Shown: positions 49,147 to 59,286 of the stretch, piece by piece
How positions within the stretch are numbered: position 1 is the first letter of the stretch
How the letters are laid out: the number at the start of each line of letters is the position of its first letter
NCBI GenBank assembly: GCA_944386345.1
Contig: CALXAR010000001.1
Coordinates: forward strand, 350-64,349
Reading direction: 5' to 3'
Origin: an uncultured Clostridia bacterium
Lineage (GTDB): Bacteria; Bacillota; Clostridia; TANB77; CAG-465
Length of the DNA: 64,000 nucleotides
Position numbers and translations under genes: made by a program
The notes under the pieces: model-generated
What the model saw: only the letters and a program-made list of their open reading frames with translations
What the model was told of the DNA's origin: nothing
Database searches by the model: none

Positions 49147-50361
49147 TTATCTTGCAACTTTTAGTAATATAGAAACAACTTTTGAATTATCATCTGGATT
49201 TTCTGATAAATCATCATTTCTAAATCTAAGCTGAATTGTTACACCTTCAATTTGATATATATTTGTAAGTAGAGTCTTATCATCAGATAAGTATTGTCTT
49301 GCTGGACTTCCTAATAGCTCAGACACTTTAGAATAAGTTGTACCAAGCTCTATTCCTTTATATATTCTTATATTTCCACCTCTATTTACATCAGTAGAAA
49401 TCGCTGTAACATATCCTTCTCCAATATCATCAATACTTGCTTTTGCATTATATACATAAGCACTATATTTTGGTTGTTGTGCTTCATATAATGAAACAAT
49501 TGTAAAATAATTTGGATTTAATTTTTGAGTTGCATATTTAGAATCTATTGTTAAGCCTTCCATTTGAGTTTGTCTAATTGGTAAAGTATATTCTTTATCA
49601 TTAATATATACTGTATTTAATTCTGTTTTCTCTGTTTCGTCTATTTTAGTTATAAACTCAAAGCTATTAAATACTTTATCTTCATCTGATTTTCTATAAT
49701 TATCAGGTTCTGCTTTATATGTTAAAGAGAACACATAATTATCTTTTATAGTAAGTATTCTTGTAGCTTGAAGTCCGTTTTCTGTATAGGTAAATCTTAC
49801 AGCCAATTGATCTGCAAGCAAAGAATATGAAGTCTCAATATCAGAGACCTTTTCTGGAACTATAGTTTTTTCTACCATTTTTCCATCAACTTCTTCTTCG
49901 ACAACAACAGTCTCAGCTCTTATCAATTCTTGTGTTAATGCCTCTTTTTGTTTCTCAATGTGATCTATATCTCCTTGTGAAACATCAATTTTTCCTACTC
50001 TTAAAACTACTGCAGTATTATTTTCATCATTTTCCATTGTTGAAACATATGTACCATCCTCTGTTTCTACATCAACTGGTAAAGGTAAATCTTCTAAATA
50101 TCCAAATCTAATACCCAACTCATCATTTCTATACTCCTTAAGCCCATCTTCAAGAGGTGTCATCTCTTCACCTTCTAAATCTTCATCTCCAACAAAGCCT
50201 TCACCTTCTACATATTCCTCATATAATTCTACTTCTTCTGTTGGAGCATTATTTCTTTGAATAAGCCATATTGTTAAAAAAGTACCTACAGCAATTATTA
50301 TTATTACAACCAAAATTATAATTATAAGTGCTATTTTTGAAATTCCCTTTTTACTATTCAT
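49147..50361 (-). CDS. Membrane-anchored extracytoplasmic protein (hypothetical)
   Basis: 404 aa. N-terminal signal-anchor ISKIALIIIILVVIIIIAVGTFLTIWLI, acidic linker, beta-rich body; no recognisable motif. Confidence 0.4.
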   Translation of the reverse strand: MNSKKGISKIALIIIILVVIIIIAVGTFLTIWLIQRNNAPTEEVELYEEYVEGEGFVGDEDLEGEEMTPLEDGLKEYRNDELGIRFGYLEDLPLPVDVETEDGTYVSTMENDENNTAVVLRVGKIDVSQGDIDHIEKQKEALTQELIRAETVVVEEEVDGKMVEKTIVPEKVSDIETSYSLLADQLAVRFTYTENGLQATRILTIKDNYVFSLTYKAEPDNYRKSDEDKVFNSFEFITKIDETEKTELNTVYINDKEYTLPIRQTQMEGLTIDSKYATQKLNPNYFTIVSLYEAQQPKYSAYVYNAKASIDDIGEGYVTAISTDVNRGGNIRIYKGIELGTTYSKVSELLGSPARQYLSDDKTLLTNIYQIEGVTIQLRFRNDDLSENPDDNSKVVSILLKVAR

Positions 50362-50432
50362 ACAATTCCTCCATAATCTCTATATTTTATAGTATATCAT
50401 AAAGAATAAAAATTCAAAATATTTTTTTGATT

Positions 50433-51041
50433 TTATAAATTATTTTCTTCTAAATATTTCACTAATTTTTCAACAGCTATTTTTCTTGCACTATATCTTT
50501 CCTTTTCTTTATCAGTTAATTGAGCTAATGTTTTTTTCTCTTGTGGGATAAAAAACATTGCATCAAATCCAAAGCCATTGTCTCCTGCCTGTTCTTTTGC
50601 AACTACTCCTTCCACTTCTCCAGTAAAAGTCTTTATTTTGCCCTCTAAATCTATAAGTGCTATAACTGTCTGCCATACAATCTTTCTATTATTATTATTT
50701 GCAACTTTATTTATATAAAACTCATTTCTTTCATAATCTGTAGCTTGTAAATTTAATTCTTCTAAAGCCGCTCTTTTTGTCTTTACACCAGGATATCCAT
50801 TTAGGCAATCTATGCATATACCAGAATCTTCTGCTATTATATATGCACTATTTCTTATAATGTCTTTTATAGAATTTGCTTTTATTATAGCATTTTCCTC
50901 AAAAGTCATTCCATTTTCATCAACATTTAAGTCTTTAATTCCAGCCTCCCTTTGTGACATAACCCAAAAATTATCACTTAGCATTGATTTTAGCTCTTTA
51001 ATCTTGCCGTTATTATTTGTTGCCATAACTATTTTTATCAT
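50433..51041 (-). CDS. rdgB: Non-canonical purine NTP pyrophosphatase (RdgB/Ham1, dITP/XTP)
   Basis: IVMATNNNGKIKEL N-terminus, FGFD (FGYD-type) substrate motif. 202 aa. Confidence 0.85.
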   Translation of the reverse strand: MIKIVMATNNNGKIKELKSMLSDNFWVMSQREAGIKDLNVDENGMTFEENAIIKANSIKDIIRNSAYIIAEDSGICIDCLNGYPGVKTKRAALEELNLQATDYERNEFYINKVANNNNRKIVWQTVIALIDLEGKIKTFTGEVEGVVAKEQAGDNGFGFDAMFFIPQEKKTLAQLTDKEKERYSARKIAVEKLVKYLEENNL

Positions 51042-51102
51042 ATAATCATCTCCTACTTGATTAGTGTATCATAAAAGGTAAGATTAATACATCTTACCTT
51101 TT

Positions 51103-51333
51103 TTAATCATCATATTCTTCAAATCTTGTTTTTTGTCCTGTTACATTATCTTTTCTTGTACTTATATCTGAAGCATCTACAAACATATCATAAGGTCTAA
51201 TCCATATCTTATTTTGTTCTAGATGCCTATATACAACCATTTCTTCCATTGTTTCTGTATTAGTACCTATAGCAATAACCTCAACTATATGACCTTTAAA
51301 ATGTCTATATTTTTTTCCAACTTCTACATTCAT
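51103..51333 (-). CDS. DUF1653-like small protein
   Basis: 76 aa. KYRHFKGHIVEV...VVYRHLEQNKIWIRPYDMF pattern. Confidence 0.45.
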   Translation of the reverse strand: MNVEVGKKYRHFKGHIVEVIAIGTNTETMEEMVVYRHLEQNKIWIRPYDMFVDASDISTRKDNVTGQKTRFEEYDD

Positions 51334-51334
51334 A

Positions 51335-52801
51335 TTACTTTTCCTCCTCTAAAAATCTTGCCATTTGGACTCCAGAACACGAAGCCATCATTAGACCTCT
51401 TGTCATTCCTCCACCATCACCAATTGAATATAGCCCTTTAACACTTGTTTCAAACCTATCATTAATTTTTACCTTATTACTATAAAACTTAATTTCAGGG
51501 CCATATAGTAAGTTGTCAGGTGCACCAAATCCTTCTACTATTTTATCCATAGATTGTATAAACTCAAGTATATTAGTCATTGTTCTATATCCAATTGCAA
51601 AAGTTAGATCACCTGGCTGTGCACTTTTTAATGTTGGAACAACAGAATTATTTTCAAGCTCTTCTTTCCATGTCCTCTTACCTCTATATATATCACCTAG
51701 TCTTTGAACAACAATCTTCCCAGCACCAATTTCATTTAAATTCTTTGCAATATTTCTTCCATAATCAATTGGTTTGTTAAAAGGATAATCAAAATTGTGT
51801 GATACAAGAATAGCAAGATTTGTATTTGTACTTTTCTTTTCTTTATATGAATGACCATTTACAAGAGTAATATCGTGATCATATACTTCTGTTGATACAA
51901 ATCCACTTGGATTTTGACAAAATGTTCTAACTTTGTCTTTATATCTTCCGACTCTACCAATAAATTTTCCCTCATACATATAATTATTTATGTTTTCCAT
52001 TACTTTATCTGGCAATTCATATCTAATTCCTATATCTACAGTTCCACTAGATGTCTTTATATTGTGTCTATCGCACATATTAACAAGCCAATTAGCTCCT
52101 TTTCTTCCAACAGCTAAAACAACATTATTAGAATAAAGTACTTCCTCGTTATCTTTTAAATCAACATAATCCTTTGATTTTTGAATTCTAACTCCCTTTA
52201 CTTTATTATCTTCGACAATTAAGTCTTTTACTACAGTATCAAACATAATATCTATTCCATTTTCAAGCAAATATTTCTCAATTTTATAATATAACTCGTG
52301 ACTTTTCTCTGTCCCTAAATGTCTAATTGGAATATCAATTAATGTTATATTCTCTTTTTTTGCTTTATCACAAATTTTTTTAACTTCCTCTTTAAATTCT
52401 GTTCCTTCTAAATGAGTATCTGCGCCAAACTTAAGATAAATGCTATCTGTATAATCAATAAGTTTTTTAGTGTTTTCTACACCAATATATTCATGTAATA
52501 TACCACCTACATGTAAATGATCATCATTTTTATTGTATAAAGATAGTTTTCCGTCTGAAAAAGCTCCCGCTCCAGAAAATCCGCATGTAATATTACACAT
52601 TGGTTTACAATGTATACATTTACCAGTAGTTTCTATTGGACATTTCCTTTTTTCAACGCTCTTTCCTTGCTCAATTAGTAAAACCTTTTTAGCTGAGTGT
52701 AAAGCTATCATCTCATATGCCAAAAACACGGCACTTGGACCTGCTCCAACCACAATCACGTCGTAATAATTATTCATAACTATCATACCTCCATTCCACA
52801 T
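51335..52801 (-). CDS. FAD-dependent oxidoreductase (COG2509-like, Cys-rich insert)
   Basis: Rossmann YDVIVVGAGPSAVFLA, Cys cluster CPIETTGKCIHCKPMCNITCG. The likely true start is the internal MNNYYD (about 52777). Confidence 0.6.
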   Translation of the reverse strand: MWNGGMIVMNNYYDVIVVGAGPSAVFLAYEMIALHSAKKVLLIEQGKSVEKRKCPIETTGKCIHCKPMCNITCGFSGAGAFSDGKLSLYNKNDDHLHVGGILHEYIGVENTKKLIDYTDSIYLKFGADTHLEGTEFKEEVKKICDKAKKENITLIDIPIRHLGTEKSHELYYKIEKYLLENGIDIMFDTVVKDLIVEDNKVKGVRIQKSKDYVDLKDNEEVLYSNNVVLAVGRKGANWLVNMCDRHNIKTSSGTVDIGIRYELPDKVMENINNYMYEGKFIGRVGRYKDKVRTFCQNPSGFVSTEVYDHDITLVNGHSYKEKKSTNTNLAILVSHNFDYPFNKPIDYGRNIAKNLNEIGAGKIVVQRLGDIYRGKRTWKEELENNSVVPTLKSAQPGDLTFAIGYRTMTNILEFIQSMDKIVEGFGAPDNLLYGPEIKFYSNKVKINDRFETSVKGLYSIGDGGGMTRGLMMASCSGVQMARFLEEEK

Positions 52802-52861
52802 GCTAATATAACATACATGTGTATAAAAATCAAGAAAAACATCTAAGAAAACTTAGATGTT

Positions 52862-53407
52862 TTAAGACCTATTTCTTTCATCAGATAGTATTATATTTAA
52901 TATTTCATTATTATATCTTGAAAATATAATTCCAAAATATACATCATTTTCTTTATCAACATATCTTGAAATTTTCCAATAATTATTCTCTTCCGGCTTG
53001 TATATTTCTGTTTTATAATTATCTCCTAGCTCGTCCCAAATATCATTTACTTTGGATATCTCAGCTTTATTTTTATCATTTATTATCAAATCAGTTTTTT
53101 TAAAGCTTGCTACGATATATGTAATTATATTCTTAGAATCTGTTTTAAAGCTTATTTCTTCAAAGTTATAGTTACATTTATCTACGACTTCATCTATTTT
53201 AGTATATTTAGATAAATCTATATCATTAATATTCATTCCAATTTTTATTCCATCAATAGATATACCAGTTAAATCAGTCTCTTCTACTGCATAATCACTA
53301 TCATAAAAATAGTATTTAGTTGCAAATACCGTGATAAGAAAAATAAAAATTAAGCTTATTAAATAAATAATTGCTTTAGAAAAGAATGTCTTTTTTTTAT
53401 TTTTCAT
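52862..53407 (-). CDS. Hypothetical N-terminally anchored protein
   Basis: 181 aa, one N-terminal TM helix, no recognisable motifs. Confidence 0.35.
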   Translation of the reverse strand: MKNKKKTFFSKAIIYLISLIFIFLITVFATKYYFYDSDYAVEETDLTGISIDGIKIGMNINDIDLSKYTKIDEVVDKCNYNFEEISFKTDSKNIITYIVASFKKTDLIINDKNKAEISKVNDIWDELGDNYKTEIYKPEENNYWKISRYVDKENDVYFGIIFSRYNNEILNIILSDERNRS

Positions 53408-53477
53408 ATATATCCCTTTCCTTTACAAATAAATTATATATCATGAAATATCATTTAGCAATATATTTTTGCTTTTT

Positions 53478-54272
53478 TTAGTATGAACCTATAACTCTAA
53501 ATTCTTCACAAAATTCTTTCATACTACTTAATACTCTACTAATATTGTCGCTCTTTTCATCGCCTTCAATATCGACAAAAAACATATACTCACCAAGTCT
53601 TGTCTTAGCAGGTCTTGACTCTATTTTTGTCAAATTAATTTCATTTACAGAAAAGATACCTAAAATTTTATATAAAGCCCCAGGCTCATCTTTAGTAGAA
53701 AAAATAATTGATGTCTTATTAGTATCTCTAGTATTTTTTTCTTTAGATAAAACTATAAACTTAGTTTGATTGCTATCTATATCTTGAATATTATCTTCAA
53801 GTACAACTAAATTATATATTTTTCCACATGAATCATTACATATACATGCAGTATTAGCCTCATTTGAAGCAAGTTTTGCCGCATAAGACGTACTAGATAC
53901 TGGTACTTGTTCAACATTACCATAATTATTATTTAAAAAATTCCTACACTGCGCTAATGCTTGTGGATGAGAGTATATCTTTGCTATTTCTATATTTTTT
54001 GTTTTTGACATCAACTTATGATTAATATCTAAAATTATTTCATCTATTATATATATATCTTTATATTTAAATATAGAATCAATTGTATCTAAAACACTAC
54101 CCTGTATTGCATTTTCTATTGGCACAATACATTCATCTATCTTATTTTTTTCAAGTGCATCTATAACTTTAAATATAGTACTATACTCTACAAGCTCGTC
54201 ATCTATTTTTTTATACTTTTTTGCGGCATCAAAAGAATATGAGCCTTGTGGTCCTAAAAAACCAATTTTCAT
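53478..54272 (-). CDS. pheA: Prephenate dehydratase with C-terminal ACT domain
   Basis: MKIGFLGPQGSYS PDT N-terminus, ESRP-like TRF motif region IESRPAKT, ACT domain. 264 aa. Confidence 0.85.
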   Translation of the reverse strand: MKIGFLGPQGSYSFDAAKKYKKIDDELVEYSTIFKVIDALEKNKIDECIVPIENAIQGSVLDTIDSIFKYKDIYIIDEIILDINHKLMSKTKNIEIAKIYSHPQALAQCRNFLNNNYGNVEQVPVSSTSYAAKLASNEANTACICNDSCGKIYNLVVLEDNIQDIDSNQTKFIVLSKEKNTRDTNKTSIIFSTKDEPGALYKILGIFSVNEINLTKIESRPAKTRLGEYMFFVDIEGDEKSDNISRVLSSMKEFCEEFRVIGSY

Positions 54273-55345
54273 TTTATCACCTCTTTTAATGCATAAATAA
54301 ATCCTTCCATATCTTCATATGTAGAAATACTAACTCTTACCCAATTATCCATAAGAGGAAATCCTCCTCTTACAATATAACCTCTTTTTATTAGCTCTTG
54401 GGCGCCAATATCAGATTTTTTATTTAAATTTATCATAATAAAATTTGCTTGAGTTTTTATATACTCTATATTCATATCATCTAATTTTCTATACATATAA
54501 TCTATTGTATCATGTATCTTTTCTACAGAGTTTCTCATAAATTCCTTATCTTTTAAAGCTAGTCCTGCACATATCTGCGAAATACTAGATGTATTAAAAG
54601 GAACTCTTACTTTTTCAAGTTCTGTAATAACTTTTTTATCTGCTACTACATACCCAATTCTTAATGCTGCTAGTCCATAAGCCTTGGAAAAAGTTCTTAA
54701 TACACAAACATTACTATAATCTTTTACAAGTCCTATTGCACTTTTATATTTTTCATCTCTTACAAACTCAAAATATGCTTCATCAATAACTATTAGTATA
54801 TTACTAGGTACTTTTTTTATAAATTTCTCTAATTTATCACTTTCAATAATTGTACCTAAGGGATTATTTGGATTAGTAATGTATATAATTTTGGTTTTTT
54901 TATCTATAAGAGGTATCATATCTTCTAAGTTAAAATTATACTCGTTGTTATATCTAATTGTCTTTATATTTGCATTTTGAATTTTTGCTTCAGAAAAATA
55001 GCTGGAAAAGGACGGTAACTCAGTTATAATATTATCTCCTTCATCTAACAATACTCTTGATATCATCTGAATAATCTCTACTGACCCATTTCCAAAAAGT
55101 AAAAAATCCTGTGAAACATCTAGCTCTTTTGCTAAATTTTCTCTAAGATTAGTAACATAGTTGTCTGGATATATCTCATAATTTATTTTTCCAATAAACT
55201 TACCTATTGCAGGAGTAGGTCCATATGGATTTTCATTAGAAGCTATTTTTACAACTTTATCTAATCCATATTCTCTTTTTATTTCTTCTTCACTTCTTCC
55301 TGGTACATATGGTAACACGTCTTTTAGACAATCTCTGTAATTCAT
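54269..55345 (-). CDS. hisC: Histidinol-phosphate/aromatic aminotransferase (class I/II)
   Basis: KIASNENPYGP, PLP lysine region TFSKAYGLAALRIGY. 358 aa; 4-nt overlap with pheA. Confidence 0.8.
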   Translation of the reverse strand: MNYRDCLKDVLPYVPGRSEEEIKREYGLDKVVKIASNENPYGPTPAIGKFIGKINYEIYPDNYVTNLRENLAKELDVSQDFLLFGNGSVEIIQMISRVLLDEGDNIITELPSFSSYFSEAKIQNANIKTIRYNNEYNFNLEDMIPLIDKKTKIIYITNPNNPLGTIIESDKLEKFIKKVPSNILIVIDEAYFEFVRDEKYKSAIGLVKDYSNVCVLRTFSKAYGLAALRIGYVVADKKVITELEKVRVPFNTSSISQICAGLALKDKEFMRNSVEKIHDTIDYMYRKLDDMNIEYIKTQANFIMINLNKKSDIGAQELIKRGYIVRGGFPLMDNWVRVSISTYEDMEGFIYALKEVIK

Positions 55346-55355
55346 TATATTCCTC

Positions 55356-55904
55356 CTAAAACTTTAACACTTCTATTTTTGAAATATCTATATTATATAT
55401 TTTTTCATAAACACTCTGTACATCTAGAGCTGTAACTTGCTTATCTTGCAAGTCTAATTTCTTTAATATTTTATTTACACTCTCTTCATCTTTTCCTTCA
55501 ATTTCAACATATGTAGGAATAAGGGGCCAAGAATCAATATCTATCTCTACACCATCTAAAACATACTGTGTTCTATTGTTTTCTTGATAACCTTTTGGAA
55601 GTATCCCAGCTGTTTTTAAAAGCTCATTTGTTTTTTCAAAATCATCAACTTTAATTTCAAGCTCCTTTGTTCCATCTATAGAGTTTTTCTCTACTGATTT
55701 ATATGTTAAAGTGGTCTCTTTTCCATTAGTTCTAAGTCTTAGCCATTTTCCATCACATTTGGGTATAATATCATATACATATCTTTTTTGTTCATATTTT
55801 CCTTTAAAAGTTGCTCCAAGCTCTTTTAGTTTGTTTACTAGTTGCTCTTTATCAATCTCTAACACTCTTATTTCATACTCAATATTCATAGCTTTTTCCT
55901 CCAA
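55356..55904 (-). CDS. CYTH-domain protein (class IV adenylyl cyclase/triphosphatase-like)
   Basis: 182 aa. N-terminal EYEIRVLEID (ExExK-like tunnel motif), CYTH length and beta pattern. Confidence 0.55.
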   Translation of the reverse strand: MEEKAMNIEYEIRVLEIDKEQLVNKLKELGATFKGKYEQKRYVYDIIPKCDGKWLRLRTNGKETTLTYKSVEKNSIDGTKELEIKVDDFEKTNELLKTAGILPKGYQENNRTQYVLDGVEIDIDSWPLIPTYVEIEGKDEESVNKILKKLDLQDKQVTALDVQSVYEKIYNIDISKIEVLKF

Positions 55905-55986
55905 TTTTCTTAAGATATAATATCATAATAATAGATATTATACAATAATAATTTATTAAAGATTAACAAGTCGACCACTAGGTCAA

Positions 55987-56016
55987 TTGACAAAGCTAAT
56001 TAAAAGATAGTATAAT
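55987..56016 (+). promoter_or_regulatory. SigmaA promoter of the acyl-CoA ligase gene (TTGACA-18-TATAAT)
   Basis: TTGACA 55987-55992, TATAAT 56011-56016, AGGAGGT RBS, TTG start at 56042. The -35 overlaps a 10-bp palindrome GTCAATTGAC (55982-55991). Confidence 0.55.
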
Positions 56017-56041
56017 ACAATTATATTAGGAGGTAACCGAG

Positions 56042-57781
56042 TTGAAAAACAATGAAATTATATATAAAAATGCAAAAAAGCTCAAAAATTTTAGAGAAAT
56101 AGTCGAAGATAGTGCAAAAAAATTTCCAGACAAGAATGCATTTATTATTAAAGAAAAGATAGAAAAGAATCCAAAGTATAAATATATAACATATAAAAAA
56201 CTAAAGGAAGATGTAGATAGCTTTGGGCAAGGTCTTATAAATCAAGGACTAAAAAATAAACGTATTGCTATAATAGGGAAAAATAGTTATGAATGGGCTC
56301 TATCTTATCTTACTGTTTTATCTTCTGTAGGAATATCTGTACCTCTTGACAAAGGACTAAAGCAAGATGAAATAGAATCGTTACTAATCAGAAGCAAAAC
56401 AGACTGTATAATTTTTGATAGTCAATATGCAGATGAAATTAAGCAAATACAAGAAGACGGAAAAACAGGTCTTTCATTCTTTATTTGTATGAGAGAAAAT
56501 GACTATGGATATACAACAATAGATAATATCAAAGAGATTGGAAAAAAAGAATTAGAGTCAGGAAAAACAGATGTATTTGAATATACTATAGACCCGTATG
56601 CTATGGCAATTATACTGTTTACATCTGGTACAACATCAATATCTAAAGCTGTTATGCTTTCTCAAGATAATATTTTATCAAATATATATCAATTAGATTG
56701 TATGATAGAATTTTATGACACAGATGTTTCTCTTGCATTCTTACCATTTCATCATACATTTGGCTCTACTGCACTACTCTTATTCTTACATAATGGCGTA
56801 TGCACAACTTTTTGTGATGGACTAAAATATGTACAAAAAAACTTGCAAGAATATAAGGTATCAGTATTTGTATGTGTTCCTTTAATTCTTGAAGCTATGT
56901 ATAAAAAAATTATGCTTGAAGTAAAAAAACAAAATAAAGAAAAGATAGTAAATATTGGTGGCAAGATTTCTAATTTTCTATTAAAATTTCATATTGATAT
57001 TCGTAGAAAATTATTCAAGCAAATTATTGATCAATTAGGTGGAAGTGTTAGACTTGTTGTAAGTGGAGCAGCAGCTCTTGACAAAGATGTAGAAAATGGT
57101 TTTAAAACATTAGGAATAACTGCTTTACAAGGGTATGGATTAACAGAAACATCTCCTGTTCTTGCTGCAGAAAATATGTTTCACTTTGCACCAGGTACTG
57201 TTGGAATTCCTCTATATGGTATAGAAATTGAAATAGATAATCCTGATGAACATGGAATCGGAGAAATAAAAGCTAAAGGTCCAAATATAATGCTTGGATA
57301 TTATGAAAATGAAGAAGCAACAAAAGAAGTACTAAAAGATGGATGGTTCTATACTGGAGACTTAGGATATTTTAATGAGAATGGTGATTTAGTAATTAGT
57401 GGCAGAAAGAAGACAGTTATAGTTCTAAAAAATGGGAAAAATATATTTCCAGAAGAACTTGAAATACTAGTTAATAATTTACCATATGTTGCAGAATCAA
57501 TGGTATTTGGATATCCTAAGGAAGATGACTTAGTTATTTCTGTAGAAATACAATATAACAAAGAGTATGTTCAAACTCATATGAATAATATATCTTATGA
57601 CGAATTATATGATATTGTATGGAAAGATATAAAGAAAATAAACACTACTCTTCCAACATATAAATATATAAAGAAATTATTTTTAACTGATGAAGAAATG
57701 ATAAAAACTACTACAGCTAAAGTAAAAAGATTTAAAGAAATAGAAAAAATATTAAATAAAGAAAAAGAGATGCAAAAATAA
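56042..57781 (+). CDS. AMP-dependent acyl-CoA synthetase/ligase (long-chain fatty acid--CoA ligase-like)
   Basis: 579 aa. AMP-binding motif FTSGTTSISKAVMLSQ, YGLTETS, GWFYTGDLG. Confidence 0.8.
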   Translation: MKNNEIIYKNAKKLKNFREIVEDSAKKFPDKNAFIIKEKIEKNPKYKYITYKKLKEDVDSFGQGLINQGLKNKRIAIIGKNSYEWALSYLTVLSSVGISVPLDKGLKQDEIESLLIRSKTDCIIFDSQYADEIKQIQEDGKTGLSFFICMRENDYGYTTIDNIKEIGKKELESGKTDVFEYTIDPYAMAIILFTSGTTSISKAVMLSQDNILSNIYQLDCMIEFYDTDVSLAFLPFHHTFGSTALLLFLHNGVCTTFCDGLKYVQKNLQEYKVSVFVCVPLILEAMYKKIMLEVKKQNKEKIVNIGGKISNFLLKFHIDIRRKLFKQIIDQLGGSVRLVVSGAAALDKDVENGFKTLGITALQGYGLTETSPVLAAENMFHFAPGTVGIPLYGIEIEIDNPDEHGIGEIKAKGPNIMLGYYENEEATKEVLKDGWFYTGDLGYFNENGDLVISGRKKTVIVLKNGKNIFPEELEILVNNLPYVAESMVFGYPKEDDLVISVEIQYNKEYVQTHMNNISYDELYDIVWKDIKKINTTLPTYKYIKKLFLTDEEMIKTTTAKVKRFKEIEKILNKEKEMQK

Positions 57782-57787
57782 TAATAT

Positions 57788-57827
57788 GAGGGATAATAAT
57801 AAAAATTTACTATCCCTCTTTATTTGT
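57788..57827. terminator. Terminator between the convergent acyl-CoA ligase and TIM-barrel genes
   Basis: gagggata-N16-tatccctc hairpin followed by TTTATTT. Confidence 0.5.
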
Positions 57828-57832
57828 TAATC

Positions 57833-58669
57833 TTAATTTTTAACACTCTCTAACATAATTAATTCTCTAATTTGATCTTCTCTTAATAAATAATTTTTCT
57901 CTGAAACTTCTGTAATATAATTACAATTTGTCATGTTGTAATCATGTAGTATTTTCAAATCCTTTTCTAATTCTTCTATATTAGGATGAACTATACCATG
58001 AGTTGACTTATCTACATAGCCATCATTATTTGCAGTATAAGAAAAATGAACTTGATATGTATACTTTTTACAATATTCTGGATTCAAATACTCCTTAGCA
58101 TATTCTAAAACATCTTGTTTATTTATATTTGCTCTACAATGCAGATGACAAATATCAAAGCAGACTTTTAAATTTGGATGATTAAAATAATTAGCTATCT
58201 CATATACTGTACATCTCTTCTCAAAAAACATAAAAAGATTTTCTAGTAGAATTGTAACATTTTCTCCTTCTATTATTTTTAGTAATTTTTCTATTTTTGA
58301 TAAAGTAAGCTCCTTATGTGCTTCAAAATTAATTAAAGTATGATATACAATATTCATCTTTATATTATATTTTCTTGACAATTTAACCATTGTTTTCAAT
58401 TGAGATTTAATAATATTTATATCTTTACTTATTATACATTCTATCTCATATAAGTTTAGTGGTGGATGAATTGTTATTTCTTTTATATTAGGCGTCCTAT
58501 TTAATAGCTTTTCAACCACACTTTTAAAATCAAATGGTGCCATATTTCCATTCTCATTAAAAAATTGCAACTCAATACCATTATATCTATCTACATAAGG
58601 CTCTAATTTATCTAATCCTTCAAAATCACTACTTGTTTTTGGATAAACTCTCACTAATATCACTCCCAA
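57833..58669 (-). CDS. Xylose-isomerase-like TIM-barrel protein (paralog of 13147-13950)
   Basis: 278 aa. NIVYHTL / ILLENL / CFDICHLH / HFSYTANNDGYVDKSTHG motif spacing parallels ORF 13147-13950 and endonuclease-IV-type metal sites. Confidence 0.4.
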   Translation of the reverse strand: MGVILVRVYPKTSSDFEGLDKLEPYVDRYNGIELQFFNENGNMAPFDFKSVVEKLLNRTPNIKEITIHPPLNLYEIECIISKDINIIKSQLKTMVKLSRKYNIKMNIVYHTLINFEAHKELTLSKIEKLLKIIEGENVTILLENLFMFFEKRCTVYEIANYFNHPNLKVCFDICHLHCRANINKQDVLEYAKEYLNPEYCKKYTYQVHFSYTANNDGYVDKSTHGIVHPNIEELEKDLKILHDYNMTNCNYITEVSEKNYLLREDQIRELIMLESVKN

Positions 58670-58765
58670 ATATGATTATACATTATATGATTTTTTTATT
58701 CAATAAATAATAATAGAGAAATGTAAAATATACATCAACTATATACAATATATATTCTGTAATCA

Positions 58766-59065
58766 CTACATATTTATATTTACGATATCATTAAGCTCTA
58801 AATTTTTCTCATATCTATAATCAACGTACCTCTTAGCCAATTCACACTTATCTTGCTCTATTAGCTTTTGCTCAACTATATCTTGTATATCCTCAACTAA
58901 TATTCTATTTTTATCTAATTCCTCTACAGATTTCATAATTAGCTTTATATTATCTCTGTTTGCTCTTTGTTCTATTTGTACCTCTTCGTTTGCCTTCTGT
59001 ATTGAAGCTGCAATCTTTTCTCTATCATAATCTACAACTCTTCCATCTCTTTTTATTACCTTCAT
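58766..59065 (-). CDS. Stand-alone ATP-cone domain protein
   Basis: 99 aa. MKVIKRDGRVVDYDREKIAASIQKA matches the ATP-cone N-terminal consensus (VIKRDG..E.FD..KI). No zinc ribbon or catalytic domain. Confidence 0.5.
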   Translation of the reverse strand: MKVIKRDGRVVDYDREKIAASIQKANEEVQIEQRANRDNIKLIMKSVEELDKNRILVEDIQDIVEQKLIEQDKCELAKRYVDYRYEKNLELNDIVNINM

Positions 59066-59128
59066 TTACAATTCCTCCCTCTCGATTTTTTATACAAAAA
59101 TATTATACATCCGTTCATTTTAAATTCT

Positions 59129-59142
59129 GTTGCAATTGCAAC
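59129..59142. promoter_or_regulatory. Perfect 14-bp palindrome GTTGCAATTGCAAC in the divergent ATP-cone / Crp-Fnr intergenic region
   Basis: Self-complementary sequence read directly from the window. Candidate operator of the adjacent Crp/Fnr regulator. Confidence 0.35.
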
Positions 59143-59286
59143 AAAAAACAACTCTACATTTTTTGTCAAAACTTGTATTATAGCTACAGCAAGACTTAGC
59201 GATTTTATATCATTTACATTACAAAAATGTAGTATTTATTTTTTGAAAATTTTATAGTATAATGAAATAAATTTGGAGGTGATTGA

